Notes: generated from the sequence alone by a model not told the origin. DNA of 32,000 nucleotides from Bellilinea caldifistulae (GCF_001306055.1 NZ_LGHJ01000015.1:90001-122000); one strand, 5' to 3'; shown: positions 7,918 to 16,530, counted from the stretch's first letter. Numbers and translations: made by a program.

Positions 7918-8748
7918 ATGAGTGAAGAAAATCCTATCTCTCCATCTGAAGATTTGCCAGCGGAAGAGACCGTAAAGCCGGCACGCCCGGGATACTCGCT
8001 TCCGCTGGTGGTTGTGATTGCGGTTTTGTTTTTCGGCGTGGGCATCCTGACGGGTTACCTGATCTGGGGTCAATCGCTGGCACAGACCAATCAGGCGCTC
8101 AGCGATGCGCTCTCGCGGGCCGAGGCTGCCGAAGCGGTTTTGCAGGAAGTCGGTCTGGATGTACCGGGTCAGCCGCGCCCCACCCGTGATCCCAATCAAC
8201 CGATCGAGGTGGTGCGTTACCCGGTGACGGAGGATAACAACCCTGCCATCGGCCCGGCGGATGCACCGATTACGATTATTGAATTCAGCGATTTTGAGTG
8301 TCCCTTCTGCACCCGCTGGCATGTCGAAGTCTGGCCGCGCCTGCAGGAAACCTACGGCGATAAAATCCGCCTGGTGTACCGCGACTTTCCGCTGTACAGT
8401 ATTCATCCCAACGCGGGGGCAGCCGCCGAGGCTGCCAATTGCGCCAATGAGCAGGGACGCTTCTGGGAGTACCATGATTTGTTGTTTGCTGCGGAACAGG
8501 GGCTGGGCCGGCAGGCTTACGAAGCCTACGCCAGCCAGTTGAGCCTTGATCTGGATCAATTCAAAACCTGCCTCGATGAAAAACGTTACGAAAGCGAAGT
8601 AACGGCTGATTTCGAATATGCCCGTCAGCTGGGGATTCAATCCACCCCCACTTTCTTCATCAATGGTGTGGCTTTAATTGGCGCGCAGCCCTTTGAGGTC
8701 TTTCAAGAAGTCATCGAACTGGAACTGGCCGGCAAATTGACCAAATAA
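7918..8748 (+). CDS. DsbA-family thiol:disulfide oxidoreductase, membrane anchored
   Basis: N-terminal TM anchor, thioredoxin-fold CxxC active site (FSDFECPFCTRW) and DsbA-like C-terminal signature (GIQSTPTFFINGVAL). Confidence 0.9.
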   Translation: MSEENPISPSEDLPAEETVKPARPGYSLPLVVVIAVLFFGVGILTGYLIWGQSLAQTNQALSDALSRAEAAEAVLQEVGLDVPGQPRPTRDPNQPIEVVRYPVTEDNNPAIGPADAPITIIEFSDFECPFCTRWHVEVWPRLQETYGDKIRLVYRDFPLYSIHPNAGAAAEAANCANEQGRFWEYHDLLFAAEQGLGRQAYEAYASQLSLDLDQFKTCLDEKRYESEVTADFEYARQLGIQSTPTFFINGVALIGAQPFEVFQEVIELELAGKLTK

Positions 8749-8770
8749 TCCTGAGCAGGCGGAGCGGAGG

Positions 8771-9433
8771 ATGAAAAAATTTATCGCCGTTGCAGGGAAT
8801 ATCGGGGTGGGAAAATCCACGCTGGTTGATCTGCTTTGTCAGCGCCTGGGCTGGCAGCCGTTTTACGAACCGGTCACCCAAAATCCTTATCTTGCAGATT
8901 TTTACCGCGACATGCACGCATGGAGTTTTCACTCGCAGGTTTTCTTTCTCACCCATCGGCTGCGCATCCATCAGCAAATTCTGCGCTGTGAAGGCTCGGT
9001 GATTCAGGATCGTAGTATTTACGAAGATGCGGATATTTTCGCCCGTAACCTCTACTTACAGGGCTACCTTTCCCAGCGGGATTACGAAACCTACTACGCG
9101 TTGTATCAGACGATTGCCGAATTTCTGCCCCCGCCGGATCTGGTAATTTACCTGCGTGCCTCGGTGGAAACCCTGCAAAACCGCATCCGGCAGCGGGCGC
9201 GAGATTACGAACGCGGCATCAGCAGTGAATATCTTGCCCGACTGAATCAGTTGTATGAAGAATGGATTGCCGCCTTTACCCTCTGTCCGGTATTGACTGT
9301 GCCGGCAGACAATCTCGATTACGTGGCACACCCTCGCCACCTGGATTTGATCCTGAAAAAAGTACAGGACAAATTGACCGGGAAAGAGGAAGTGGTTTTC
9401 TCCCCCGAAGAAGTGGCGCTGGCCAGCGATTGA
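8771..9433 (+). CDS. Deoxynucleoside kinase
   Basis: P-loop AVAGNIGVGKSTL and a dNK-type QDRSIYED motif. The size (220 aa) fits. A GGAGCGGAGG SD lies upstream. Confidence 0.88.
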   Translation: MKKFIAVAGNIGVGKSTLVDLLCQRLGWQPFYEPVTQNPYLADFYRDMHAWSFHSQVFFLTHRLRIHQQILRCEGSVIQDRSIYEDADIFARNLYLQGYLSQRDYETYYALYQTIAEFLPPPDLVIYLRASVETLQNRIRQRARDYERGISSEYLARLNQLYEEWIAAFTLCPVLTVPADNLDYVAHPRHLDLILKKVQDKLTGKEEVVFSPEEVALASD

Positions 9434-9444
9434 GCGGTTGAGAC

Positions 9445-9705
9445 TTAGCGCGGTTCTACAATCAACTTGATGGCGGTACGCACCTTGCCGTCAATATCCA
9501 CATCCACGAATTCGGGCACACACACCACCGAAATACCATCCTCCGCCAGATAGCCTTTGGCGAGCACCAGAGCCTTAATCGCTTGATTGACCGCCCCTGC
9601 GCCGATGGCCTGCACTTCGGCGCGTTTGTGCTCGCGGATGACACCCGCAATTGCCCCTGCAACGGCGGCTGTACGAGAGTTTGCTTTGACCTTAATGACG
9701 TCCAT
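9445..9705 (-). CDS. spoVS: SpoVS-family protein
   Basis: 86 aa. The sequence MDVIKVKANSRTAAVAGAIAGVIREHKRAEVQAIGAGAVNQAIKALVLAKGYL...VRTAIKLIVEPR matches the highly conserved stage V sporulation protein S family along its whole length. Confidence 0.92.
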   Translation of the reverse strand: MDVIKVKANSRTAAVAGAIAGVIREHKRAEVQAIGAGAVNQAIKALVLAKGYLAEDGISVVCVPEFVDVDIDGKVRTAIKLIVEPR

Positions 9706-9786
9706 GGGTTGGCTTATTCCTTTCTGTGATCGGGTTCGATGTCAAGCAAACAAAGGTCCGGGGACACGAAAAAAAAATTGAATAGG

Positions 9787-9811
9787 TTTCCTGTCAAAAT
9801 TGTACAGGAAA
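9787..9811. other. Inverted repeat / hairpin in an AT-rich intergenic region
   Basis: TTTCCTGT (9787-9794) and ACAGGAAA (9804-9811) form an 8-bp stem with a 9-nt loop. A T9 run lies about 10 nt away on the minus strand. The site is between the spoVS start and the island genes, and its role is unclear. Confidence 0.25.
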
Positions 9812-9997
9812 AGAGGATGAGATTCAAGCGTCACTTGCCCCATCCTCAACCAACTCTCTTTGCTTTATGCAAGCTACAAAATTTTTTAAGTTGACCTATT
9901 GATAAAGCCTTTTTTGCTATCTCTGCACACTTTTTTTATTCAAAAATTCGGTTTGAAGATTGATACTCCAAAGATAGGATTAAGTTAGAATTGTGTT

Positions 9998-11164
9998 GTG
10001 GTAAAACATCTTCGAGATGGATGGACACGCTTACCAGAAGCTTTGCGGTTTTCTCTGCCGGTATGGCTGGCAGCACGCCTATTGACCACGTTATTCGGTT
10101 TTTGGATCTGGAAACTCCGGCCTCAACCACCTGCAGAAATAATGGTTTTCTATGAAGGGTTGCAGCCCATCACCGAGTCCTGGCGTGGGATGTTTTTTGG
10201 AATCTGGCAAAGATGGGATACGGTTTATTATCAAACTATCGTTGAGAAGGGGTATGTTATTGAAAAATCCAGCGCTTTTTTCCCTCTTTACCCATTAACG
10301 GCCAGGATCCTTTTCCGCCTGACTGGTCTTGGCTCGTTGGAGTGTCTTTATTTGGTAAGCACATTAGCGTATCTGGCAGCAATTGTCCTGTTATATGCCC
10401 TGATTAAGGAAAAATTTAATTCCACAATTGCCAGACGTTCTGTAATGGCGCTGGCTGTCTTCCCTAGCAGCTTCTTCTTTCTTGCGCTTTATCCGCAGGG
10501 TTTAGGGTTAGCCTTGGTACTCTTTGCGATTTTGCTGGCCGAAAAACGCTACTGGTTTGGTTGTGCAATTGTCTCATGGCTGGCGGGACTAACCCATAGC
10601 ACTGCCTTGCCATTATCATTGATCCTACTGGCAGAAGCGGTGATTTTTATTCGTCAAAACACTCATCCATGGCGTTGTGTGGCCCTTCTCGTCGCGGGAA
10701 TGCCTGCACTGGGAATCGGATTATTTTGGGCCTGGCGGATCAACCAGAACTTTCCTCCAATTATCACTATCCTCACGACTGAATTTGATCGTTATCCTGC
10801 CCCTCCGTGGAACAATCTACTCAATTGGGTTGCAATGTTACCTCATCATCTTCTTGCCCCCGATTGGCTAATTAACTCCATAGCTCTGATTCTGACTATT
10901 GCAAGCATTATTTGGACCGGTCGAAGAATTTCCATTGGTTGGGCATTGTATCAGGTAGCATTATTAATTATGGTGCTGGGCATAGGTGTAAATTACGACC
11001 CTTTGTTATCTTATAATCGTTATATTTTGTCTGGGTTTCCCATTTTTACCATGCTGGGTTGGTGGGTAAATACACCCGTAAAACGATTGATTGGTTTTAC
11101 CTTGGGTGTATTTGGTCAGGTTATATTGCTGTTATTGTTTTTGCTATGGGTGTGGGTAGGATGA
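9998..11164 (+). CDS. Integral membrane mannosyltransferase-like protein (PIG-V/GT-C-like)
   Basis: 388 aa polytopic protein. Its first loop motif QRWDTVYYQTIVEKGY is typical of PIG-V-type/GT-C mannosyltransferase families. GTG start. The codon usage is AT-rich, unlike the flanks. Confidence 0.65.
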   Translation: MVKHLRDGWTRLPEALRFSLPVWLAARLLTTLFGFWIWKLRPQPPAEIMVFYEGLQPITESWRGMFFGIWQRWDTVYYQTIVEKGYVIEKSSAFFPLYPLTARILFRLTGLGSLECLYLVSTLAYLAAIVLLYALIKEKFNSTIARRSVMALAVFPSSFFFLALYPQGLGLALVLFAILLAEKRYWFGCAIVSWLAGLTHSTALPLSLILLAEAVIFIRQNTHPWRCVALLVAGMPALGIGLFWAWRINQNFPPIITILTTEFDRYPAPPWNNLLNWVAMLPHHLLAPDWLINSIALILTIASIIWTGRRISIGWALYQVALLIMVLGIGVNYDPLLSYNRYILSGFPIFTMLGWWVNTPVKRLIGFTLGVFGQVILLLLFLLWVWVG

Positions 11165-11182
11165 GGAAATAGACTTTCTGTT

Positions 11183-12730
11183 TCAGGGACTACAATCATT
11201 TCCCATGTATTCATAAACAGTCCAACTCCCCAGGGGAATTTTATCCGATAGATGATACTGACATTTGAGATAATCTATCCGCTGTTGGATGGCATTGGTT
11301 TGAATAGGAAATTTGTATAAAGGTGTGTAAGAATTGTGTGTATCAATAATCAAGCGAGGATTTTCTTTGATTATTTCATCCAGGAATCCGACTATCATTT
11401 CTTCAGTGACATAACCTTGGTTGTATAGTGGATACTGGTAAACAAAGCGAGATGGACTTCTACGGCCGGAGTAAAAATTGATGGTTGTTTCTGCTCCCCA
11501 TAATAAAACAGTATCTTCGGGGTTGGTATTGAATTGAATTGTAGTTATAATCTCACGTTGTTCGTTCGCAGACCGGAAGAAGGCTAGTTCATACATATAG
11601 GGCGCAAAAGATATCCACACAAATAAACCTATGCTATCTATAATCAAAAGATATTTTGCAAATTCAGGAATATCCCAGACTAATTTTGATGAGAGAATAG
11701 TCCAAATGGTGATTGCTGCAAAAAAAGCCAGAACAGGTAGAATGGTTATGTAATAATGGGGATACGTTCTGCCCGAAATGCTTACTAAAATCAACTCGAC
11801 AGGTAAATCAATCAACCCAATTCCTAATAGGGGCAGCCAACTGCCGATAAATTGTTTCTTATAATAAATCATCAATAATCCAATCAGGTAGCCAATTCCT
11901 GCAAATTGGAACAGACCGGCCTTGGTAAGCGGCCAAATTCCTTCAATAAGAGGCTTTATCGGTCCTGCAGAATCGATGCCTGAAGAAAAGTAAACCAAAT
12001 TATATTGGAAGGCAGCCTCCCAAAAGTGGAGTAGACCACCCCGCAACCAAAAAAATGTAACCCAACTCATACAAATGACTACAAAGCCGCCCGAGAAATA
12101 TAATAAGTGGAAAAGAAGTTTTTTGAGTTGATTTTGCCCAACTCTATAGACGATTACAAATAGAATAACTGAGATCCAAATCCCAATGGTATTTTGTTTG
12201 GTAAAAAAAGCAGTAGCACCAATTAATCCAATCAGAAACCATTTCCAATTTTGAGAAGTCGGATGTTCAAATGTGGTTTTAGCAAGCCAAAGTGTAATGA
12301 ATTGCAAGGGTAAAACATATTCGGTAGTGAAGTTTCCTCCGTGAATCACATAAACCAGTGTCAACAACCATAACAGCGTACTGAAAATTGCGGTTAATGT
12401 ACCGAATATTTTCTGTAATATTTTATAACCAATATAGGCAGCTATAAACAAACTTATAAATTCAAGCAGCCATACACCCCATCGAGAGCCCTCGGTTAAG
12501 GAAAGTCCTAAGGCATTGATGTAAAAAATTACCGGAGGTTTATGATCCCACACATCTCGATATGGTAATTCCCCATTAAGTATGCGCCATCCAATGTAAA
12601 GGAAAACCCCCGAATCCCGCAATGTATATTGCATGTTGATGGGACAAACCGGGATTAGAACACCTGAAGCTCCGATAAACACAAGCAAGGTATCTCGAAG
12701 TTGATTGGGAATGTTCTTTATTGTCTTCAT
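11183..12730 (-). CDS. GT39/ArnT-like (PMT_2-type) membrane glycosyltransferase
   Basis: 515 aa polytopic protein. The N-terminal loop RDSGVFLYIGWRILNGELPYRDVWDHKPPVIFYINAL matches the conserved D...Y.D.WDHKPP loop of dolichyl/undecaprenyl-phosphate-sugar dependent transferases. AT-rich. Confidence 0.75.
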   Translation of the reverse strand: MKTIKNIPNQLRDTLLVFIGASGVLIPVCPINMQYTLRDSGVFLYIGWRILNGELPYRDVWDHKPPVIFYINALGLSLTEGSRWGVWLLEFISLFIAAYIGYKILQKIFGTLTAIFSTLLWLLTLVYVIHGGNFTTEYVLPLQFITLWLAKTTFEHPTSQNWKWFLIGLIGATAFFTKQNTIGIWISVILFVIVYRVGQNQLKKLLFHLLYFSGGFVVICMSWVTFFWLRGGLLHFWEAAFQYNLVYFSSGIDSAGPIKPLIEGIWPLTKAGLFQFAGIGYLIGLLMIYYKKQFIGSWLPLLGIGLIDLPVELILVSISGRTYPHYYITILPVLAFFAAITIWTILSSKLVWDIPEFAKYLLIIDSIGLFVWISFAPYMYELAFFRSANEQREIITTIQFNTNPEDTVLLWGAETTINFYSGRRSPSRFVYQYPLYNQGYVTEEMIVGFLDEIIKENPRLIIDTHNSYTPLYKFPIQTNAIQQRIDYLKCQYHLSDKIPLGSWTVYEYMGNDCSP

Positions 12731-12826
12731 ATCATCTCTCTTATTGATGCTCCCAATTCAGCATCGAATTGCGAAAAACTAAAAGAACCATTGTTATCTT
12801 ATTCAATAGATCGAGGTGATAGGCGA

Positions 12827-13699
12827 TTATTTCCGTATCCGCGCCGGGAAAACGCGTTCGGCAAGGTCGTACAGGGTGGGACGCGGCGGCATTTCCCGGT
12901 AGGGGTAACGCCGGCCATCGGTTAACTCGCCGATTTGCACCTCGTCCGGGTCTGCAACCTCGTTAACGTAAGTTTTCTCGTCCATCAGAAGGGATGATTC
13001 GGGGATGGCTTTCCAGTAGCGGATGGTACACAGCGGGGTCTGCAGGCGAATCACGTTGACCGGCTGGCCGTCGCCCGTATTTTCGGGAATTTTGCGCCGT
13101 ATCAGCCATGGGCTGAGGGGGGAGGTGGTGTACTCTACCATCAAATAATCCAGACATTGCAGGTAAAGGCGGTATTCGACGGCTTTATACGCCCGCACAA
13201 ACACCAGGGTCGTATCCGGTTCAAACTCCTGAGGGTCTATGACATACTCGCTGGTGATGACCTTCTTTTCCCGATAGGTTTCACTGATGGAAATTTCCAA
13301 TCGCTGCTGGATGCTTTTTACCAGCCGGTTGGCTGCTTCCGCTTTTGCGAAGGCTGCAAGACCGGCGAGCGATTCGATACCCAGTTTTACGGTCAGGCTG
13401 GCTGCGTATTGACGGATTTCCTCCGACTGGCGCACCGCCTCGCGAATCAAATCGTTCATTTTTACAATGGAAACTTCATATTCGGCGCTGAAGGTGCGTC
13501 TTTCGCGCACGCCGCGCAAAGGTTTGGCGGCCGCAATCACTTCCCCTTTCCGCACGGGCTCATCCAGTTGGAACGGGCCGCGCAACAGGTAATGGAAACG
13601 AACCACCGCAAAGCGATTTTTGTTCTGGCGATGAACCTGCCAGCCGCGTTTCTTTTCCAGTTCTGCGGCAGTGGGGATGGAAAAATACTCGTTTGGCAT
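12827..13699 (-). CDS. Hypothetical protein, 290 aa, no recognisable domain
   Basis: Clean ORF with a GGAG SD 7 nt upstream of the ATG and a balanced charged/hydrophobic composition. The overlapping antisense ORF 13157..13996 looks like a GC shadow. No TM segment or signal peptide. Confidence 0.7.
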   Translation of the reverse strand: MPNEYFSIPTAAELEKKRGWQVHRQNKNRFAVVRFHYLLRGPFQLDEPVRKGEVIAAAKPLRGVRERRTFSAEYEVSIVKMNDLIREAVRQSEEIRQYAASLTVKLGIESLAGLAAFAKAEAANRLVKSIQQRLEISISETYREKKVITSEYVIDPQEFEPDTTLVFVRAYKAVEYRLYLQCLDYLMVEYTTSPLSPWLIRRKIPENTGDGQPVNVIRLQTPLCTIRYWKAIPESSLLMDEKTYVNEVADPDEVQIGELTDGRRYPYREMPPRPTLYDLAERVFPARIRK

Positions 13700-13733
13700 T
13701 GGCCTGCTCCCGCTCTAATTTTTTTGGAAAACC

Positions 13734-13743
13734 CTGTATACAG
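13734..13743. promoter_or_regulatory. Perfect 10-bp palindrome CTGTATACAG upstream of the orphan gene
   Basis: The palindrome lies 34-43 nt upstream of ATG 13699 (minus strand), in the divergent intergenic region shared with the CAP-domain gene. It is a candidate operator or promoter element. Confidence 0.3.
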
Positions 13744-13871
13744 CATAGCAAAAAATGGCCGGCCTGTAATCTCAAACGGGCTGCCAATCTCCAAACTGGA
13801 TGAGGAATGGCAGAATGGTCGTTCAGTTTTACAGATATTAATGATAAAATCGCTCAACGAAAAAGTTGACT

Positions 13872-15644
13872 ATGCGGCGATGGATTATTTTATTGCTGAT
13901 TTTGCTCGGGTTGGGCGGTACGGTTGCTGCCGTGGCTGCCCAGAGCGGTTACACTCCCGTTACCCAGTCGGAGGCGCTTGCCCGGCAGGAAGGTGAAGTG
14001 GTCTACCTCACCAACCTGCAGCGGGCGGCGCGCGGCATTCCTCCCCTGCGGTGGAACTGGCAGCTGACTCAATCGGCGCGCTGGTTTGCGGCTGATAAAG
14101 CTGCCGCACCCAATTGCGAGGACGCTCACCGCGACACACTGGGCAATTTTCCGAATGTGCGTGCGCAGGCGTTTGGCTACCCCGGCTCGGCGGGCGCCGA
14201 AAATGTTTGGTGCGTCTACATCCCGCCGGCACCGGCGGTGGAAGGCTGGCTCAAAAGCGAAACCGGACACGCTGACCAGCTATTGAACCCCGATCACCGC
14301 GAGGTTGGCATCGGTTACAGCCAGAACGGCGAAGGCTGGCTGGCGCAGGATTTTGGCAGCGACAACCCGTATGCGCCGCTGGTGATCGGTAATGAAGCGC
14401 TCAGCACGGCCAGCCGGCAGGTAGACCTGTACCTGTACGACCGTCCGGGCGGGGATACGTTCACCGCCTTGCAGCCGGCCGTTTCCATGCAGGTTGCCGA
14501 GGATGCCTGCTTCAATCAGGCGGCTGTGCAGCCTTACCAGTCGCGCTTTTCCTTCACCCTGTCTGATGGGGAAGGCTGGAAGCGGGTTTATGCCCGCACG
14601 CGGGATGCCTACGGACGCAGCCTGACCGTGGACGACAGCATTTATCTCGGCAGTCTGCCCGCCGGTCAGCCCCTGGGGGAGGAGCGTTTTTCCACCACCC
14701 GCCCGTCGGTGAAGCTCTATGATCTTGATCCGCAAGGACGCAGCCACATTCAACTCAGCCTCGGCTGGCTGGGAGATGCCTTCAAGACCGGCAAGAACAA
14801 TCCGCTGCCCCAACTGAGCGACCCGGCCGCGCTGAACGGCAGAGCCGTGCAGCTGCCGCATAACCGGAATGACGGCAGCGACCCCAACATGGCGTGGGTG
14901 TGGACGACATCGTTTTTCACCCAACAACCGATGATGGCTTACTTCCGGCTGAAGGTCAATTCCATACCCGATGGGGAGGCAGTCCGCCTGAGTGTGATTG
15001 CCGGTACTTACCAGAGCGGGGAGGTCGTTATACGAGGCAGTGATTTCCCCTCCGCCAATGCCTACATGGAAGTGCCGATTCCTTTTACCTTTACGCCCGA
15101 TTCAAATAATCCCTTTTTGATTTTTAAAATCCGGCGGACGGGCAGCGCTGAGGTGGTGGTAGATACCGTGACCATCTTCACTGCCCCGCAGCGTTTTAAC
15201 GGGAGCCCGTTTATCTGGCAGGTGCCCGGCGGGACTTACCGCGGCGAGGGCGTGTGGGTGCGCTTTTCGGCGTTCGACGGCAGTCAGTTTACCCCGCTGC
15301 GCGAAGCGGCTGTTTCTCAGTGGGATGGCTGCCTGCTACCCGCTGCCCTGACCGTGCTGGCTGCTCCCTCATCTCCTCCGCCGCTGCTTTCGGCGCTGGT
15401 TGTGCCTTCGTACATGGCGGGGGACGGCTGGAGCGTGGAAGAAAACCTGCCGTGGTTGCAAGCCAGCCGTGCCGGCGAGCGGGTGGAAGTGCGTCTGCTG
15501 ACCGGCGGGCTGGGGACGGGCCAGTACGATGGGGAGATCATCATCCGCCCGACAGAGCGCGCCTATCCCCCACTACGTCTGACGGTGCGACTGATCATGG
15601 CAGAACGGCTATTTTCCGCCTACCTGCCGGCCGTTAATCGGTAA
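13872..15644 (+). CDS. Secreted CAP/SCP/PR1-like domain protein with a large C-terminal extension
   Basis: Signal peptide MRRWIILLLILLGLGGTVAAVAAQ. CAP-domain blocks are YLTNLQRAARGIPPLRWNWQLTQSARWFA, AGAENVW and GWLKSETGHADQLLNPDHREVGIGY. The C-terminal ~70 aa (WSVEENLPWLQASRAGERVEVRLL...GEIIIRP) resembles a BACON/Ig-like module. An extended -10 (TGATAAAAT, 13842-13850) lies upstream. The ORF also opens at TTG 13866. Confidence 0.85.
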   Translation: MRRWIILLLILLGLGGTVAAVAAQSGYTPVTQSEALARQEGEVVYLTNLQRAARGIPPLRWNWQLTQSARWFAADKAAAPNCEDAHRDTLGNFPNVRAQAFGYPGSAGAENVWCVYIPPAPAVEGWLKSETGHADQLLNPDHREVGIGYSQNGEGWLAQDFGSDNPYAPLVIGNEALSTASRQVDLYLYDRPGGDTFTALQPAVSMQVAEDACFNQAAVQPYQSRFSFTLSDGEGWKRVYARTRDAYGRSLTVDDSIYLGSLPAGQPLGEERFSTTRPSVKLYDLDPQGRSHIQLSLGWLGDAFKTGKNNPLPQLSDPAALNGRAVQLPHNRNDGSDPNMAWVWTTSFFTQQPMMAYFRLKVNSIPDGEAVRLSVIAGTYQSGEVVIRGSDFPSANAYMEVPIPFTFTPDSNNPFLIFKIRRTGSAEVVVDTVTIFTAPQRFNGSPFIWQVPGGTYRGEGVWVRFSAFDGSQFTPLREAAVSQWDGCLLPAALTVLAAPSSPPPLLSALVVPSYMAGDGWSVEENLPWLQASRAGERVEVRLLTGGLGTGQYDGEIIIRPTERAYPPLRLTVRLIMAERLFSAYLPAVNR

Positions 15645-15715
15645 ATCCCGGCTTTGGCTTAAGACTTTTGCAAATTCTCCCCGTTATACCGAATTTGTGA
15701 TAAGATGCCGATGTT

Positions 15716-16330
15716 ATGACCGAAGAACGTTACTCCAGCGGGGAAATTTCACCCGGGGTTGAGGCTACGCCCCAAACGGAACAGCCGGTAAACACCCTGC
15801 TCGGTTTGATCACCGAGATTTTCAAGACCGTATTGTTCGCCGTGCTGCTTTACCTGGCCATCAGTGCGGTGACCGACCGGGTGCGGGTGGAAAATATCTC
15901 CATGCAGCCGACTCTCAACGAGGGGGAACTGCTGGTGGTGTATAAACTGGCTTACCGCTTTGGAGAACCCCACCGCGGGGATATCATCGTCTTTCATCAC
16001 AACCGCCAGCCGCCCGAAGATTACATCAAACGTGTCATTGGTTTGCCGGGTGATCGGGTGCGGGTGGAAGGCGGGCAGGTGTACGTCAACGACATTCCGC
16101 TGATTGAGCCTTACCTTGCCGAGCCACCAGCCTATAGCGGGGTGTGGGAGGTGCCGCCCAATTCGTTGTTTGTGCTGGGGGATAACCGCAACCGATCCTC
16201 GGATTCGCGAATTTGGGGCTTTGTGCCGATGAGCGATGTGGTCGGCCGGGCGGTGCTGATTTACTGGCCGCCGGGGAAAATCCGCCTGCTCAGTCATACT
16301 GACCTGCTGGCGCAGGCTGCTGCCCGCTGA
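15716..16330 (+). CDS. lepB: Signal peptidase I
   Basis: The catalytic Ser box ISMQPTL, the Lys box YIKRVIGLPGD and the GDNRNRSSDSRIWGFVP box are all present. Confidence 0.93.
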   Translation: MTEERYSSGEISPGVEATPQTEQPVNTLLGLITEIFKTVLFAVLLYLAISAVTDRVRVENISMQPTLNEGELLVVYKLAYRFGEPHRGDIIVFHHNRQPPEDYIKRVIGLPGDRVRVEGGQVYVNDIPLIEPYLAEPPAYSGVWEVPPNSLFVLGDNRNRSSDSRIWGFVPMSDVVGRAVLIYWPPGKIRLLSHTDLLAQAAAR

Positions 16331-16453
16331 GTGAGGCAACGTGAGTTTGTAAACATCACCCCAAAGCCGTTGCGGGGGTGGGGGAGACTCCCACCTGCAC
16401 TGGTAAGTGTTGCTGCGATCAAAACGGATGATTTCTGATCTTTTTTTCGTTTT

Positions 16454-16474
16454 TGATTAATGTCAAATTAATCA
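16454..16474. promoter_or_regulatory. 21-bp inverted repeat upstream of nrfH (candidate regulator site)
   Basis: TGATTAAT (16454-16461), GTCAA, ATTAATCA (16467-16474): perfect 8-bp arms. It lies 57-77 nt upstream of the nrfH ATG and next to two TAAAAT hexamers (16479-16484, 16489-16494). Confidence 0.4.
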
Positions 16475-16530
16475 TCCTTAAAATCGGTTAAAATAAGAGT
16501 AATTGGTCATATTTGGCTCGGAGAGGAAAC

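Noticed and set aside
9777-12807. An inverted 8-mer (ATTGAATA at 9777-9784; its complement at 12800-12807) flanking the AT-rich island, considered as terminal inverted repeats of a mobile element.
   Set aside because: An 8-bp match between two AT-rich stretches of a few hundred nt is expected by chance. There is no extended similarity, target-site duplication or transposase.
13734-13743. CTGTATACAG considered as a LexA/SOS box.
   Set aside because: The E. coli-type box is CTGT-N8-ACAG, and Gram-positive and other known boxes differ as well. This one is CTGT-N2-ACAG, too short to match any SOS consensus I know.
13157-13996. 279-aa + strand ORF overlapping the orphan minus-strand gene. Other long antisense ORFs are similar: 378..962(-), 14280..14927(-), 15749..16339(-), 17620..18189(-), 18465..19124(-), 21035..21955(-), 22358..23110(-), 23397..24071(-) and 25219..25821(-).
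   Set aside because: These are typical shadow ORFs of GC-rich coding DNA. Their translations are Arg/Gly/Ala/Pro/His-rich with no motifs. In each case the opposite strand encodes a protein with clear family signatures or better composition and a Shine-Dalgarno site.
16453-16475. The palindrome upstream of nrfH considered as an FNR/CRP-family box.
   Set aside because: The TTGAT and ATCA(T) ends are 13 nt apart rather than the 4 nt of TTGAT-N4-ATCAA. The symmetry is TGATTAAT-N5-ATTAATCA. I kept it as an unassigned operator candidate rather than calling it an FNR site.
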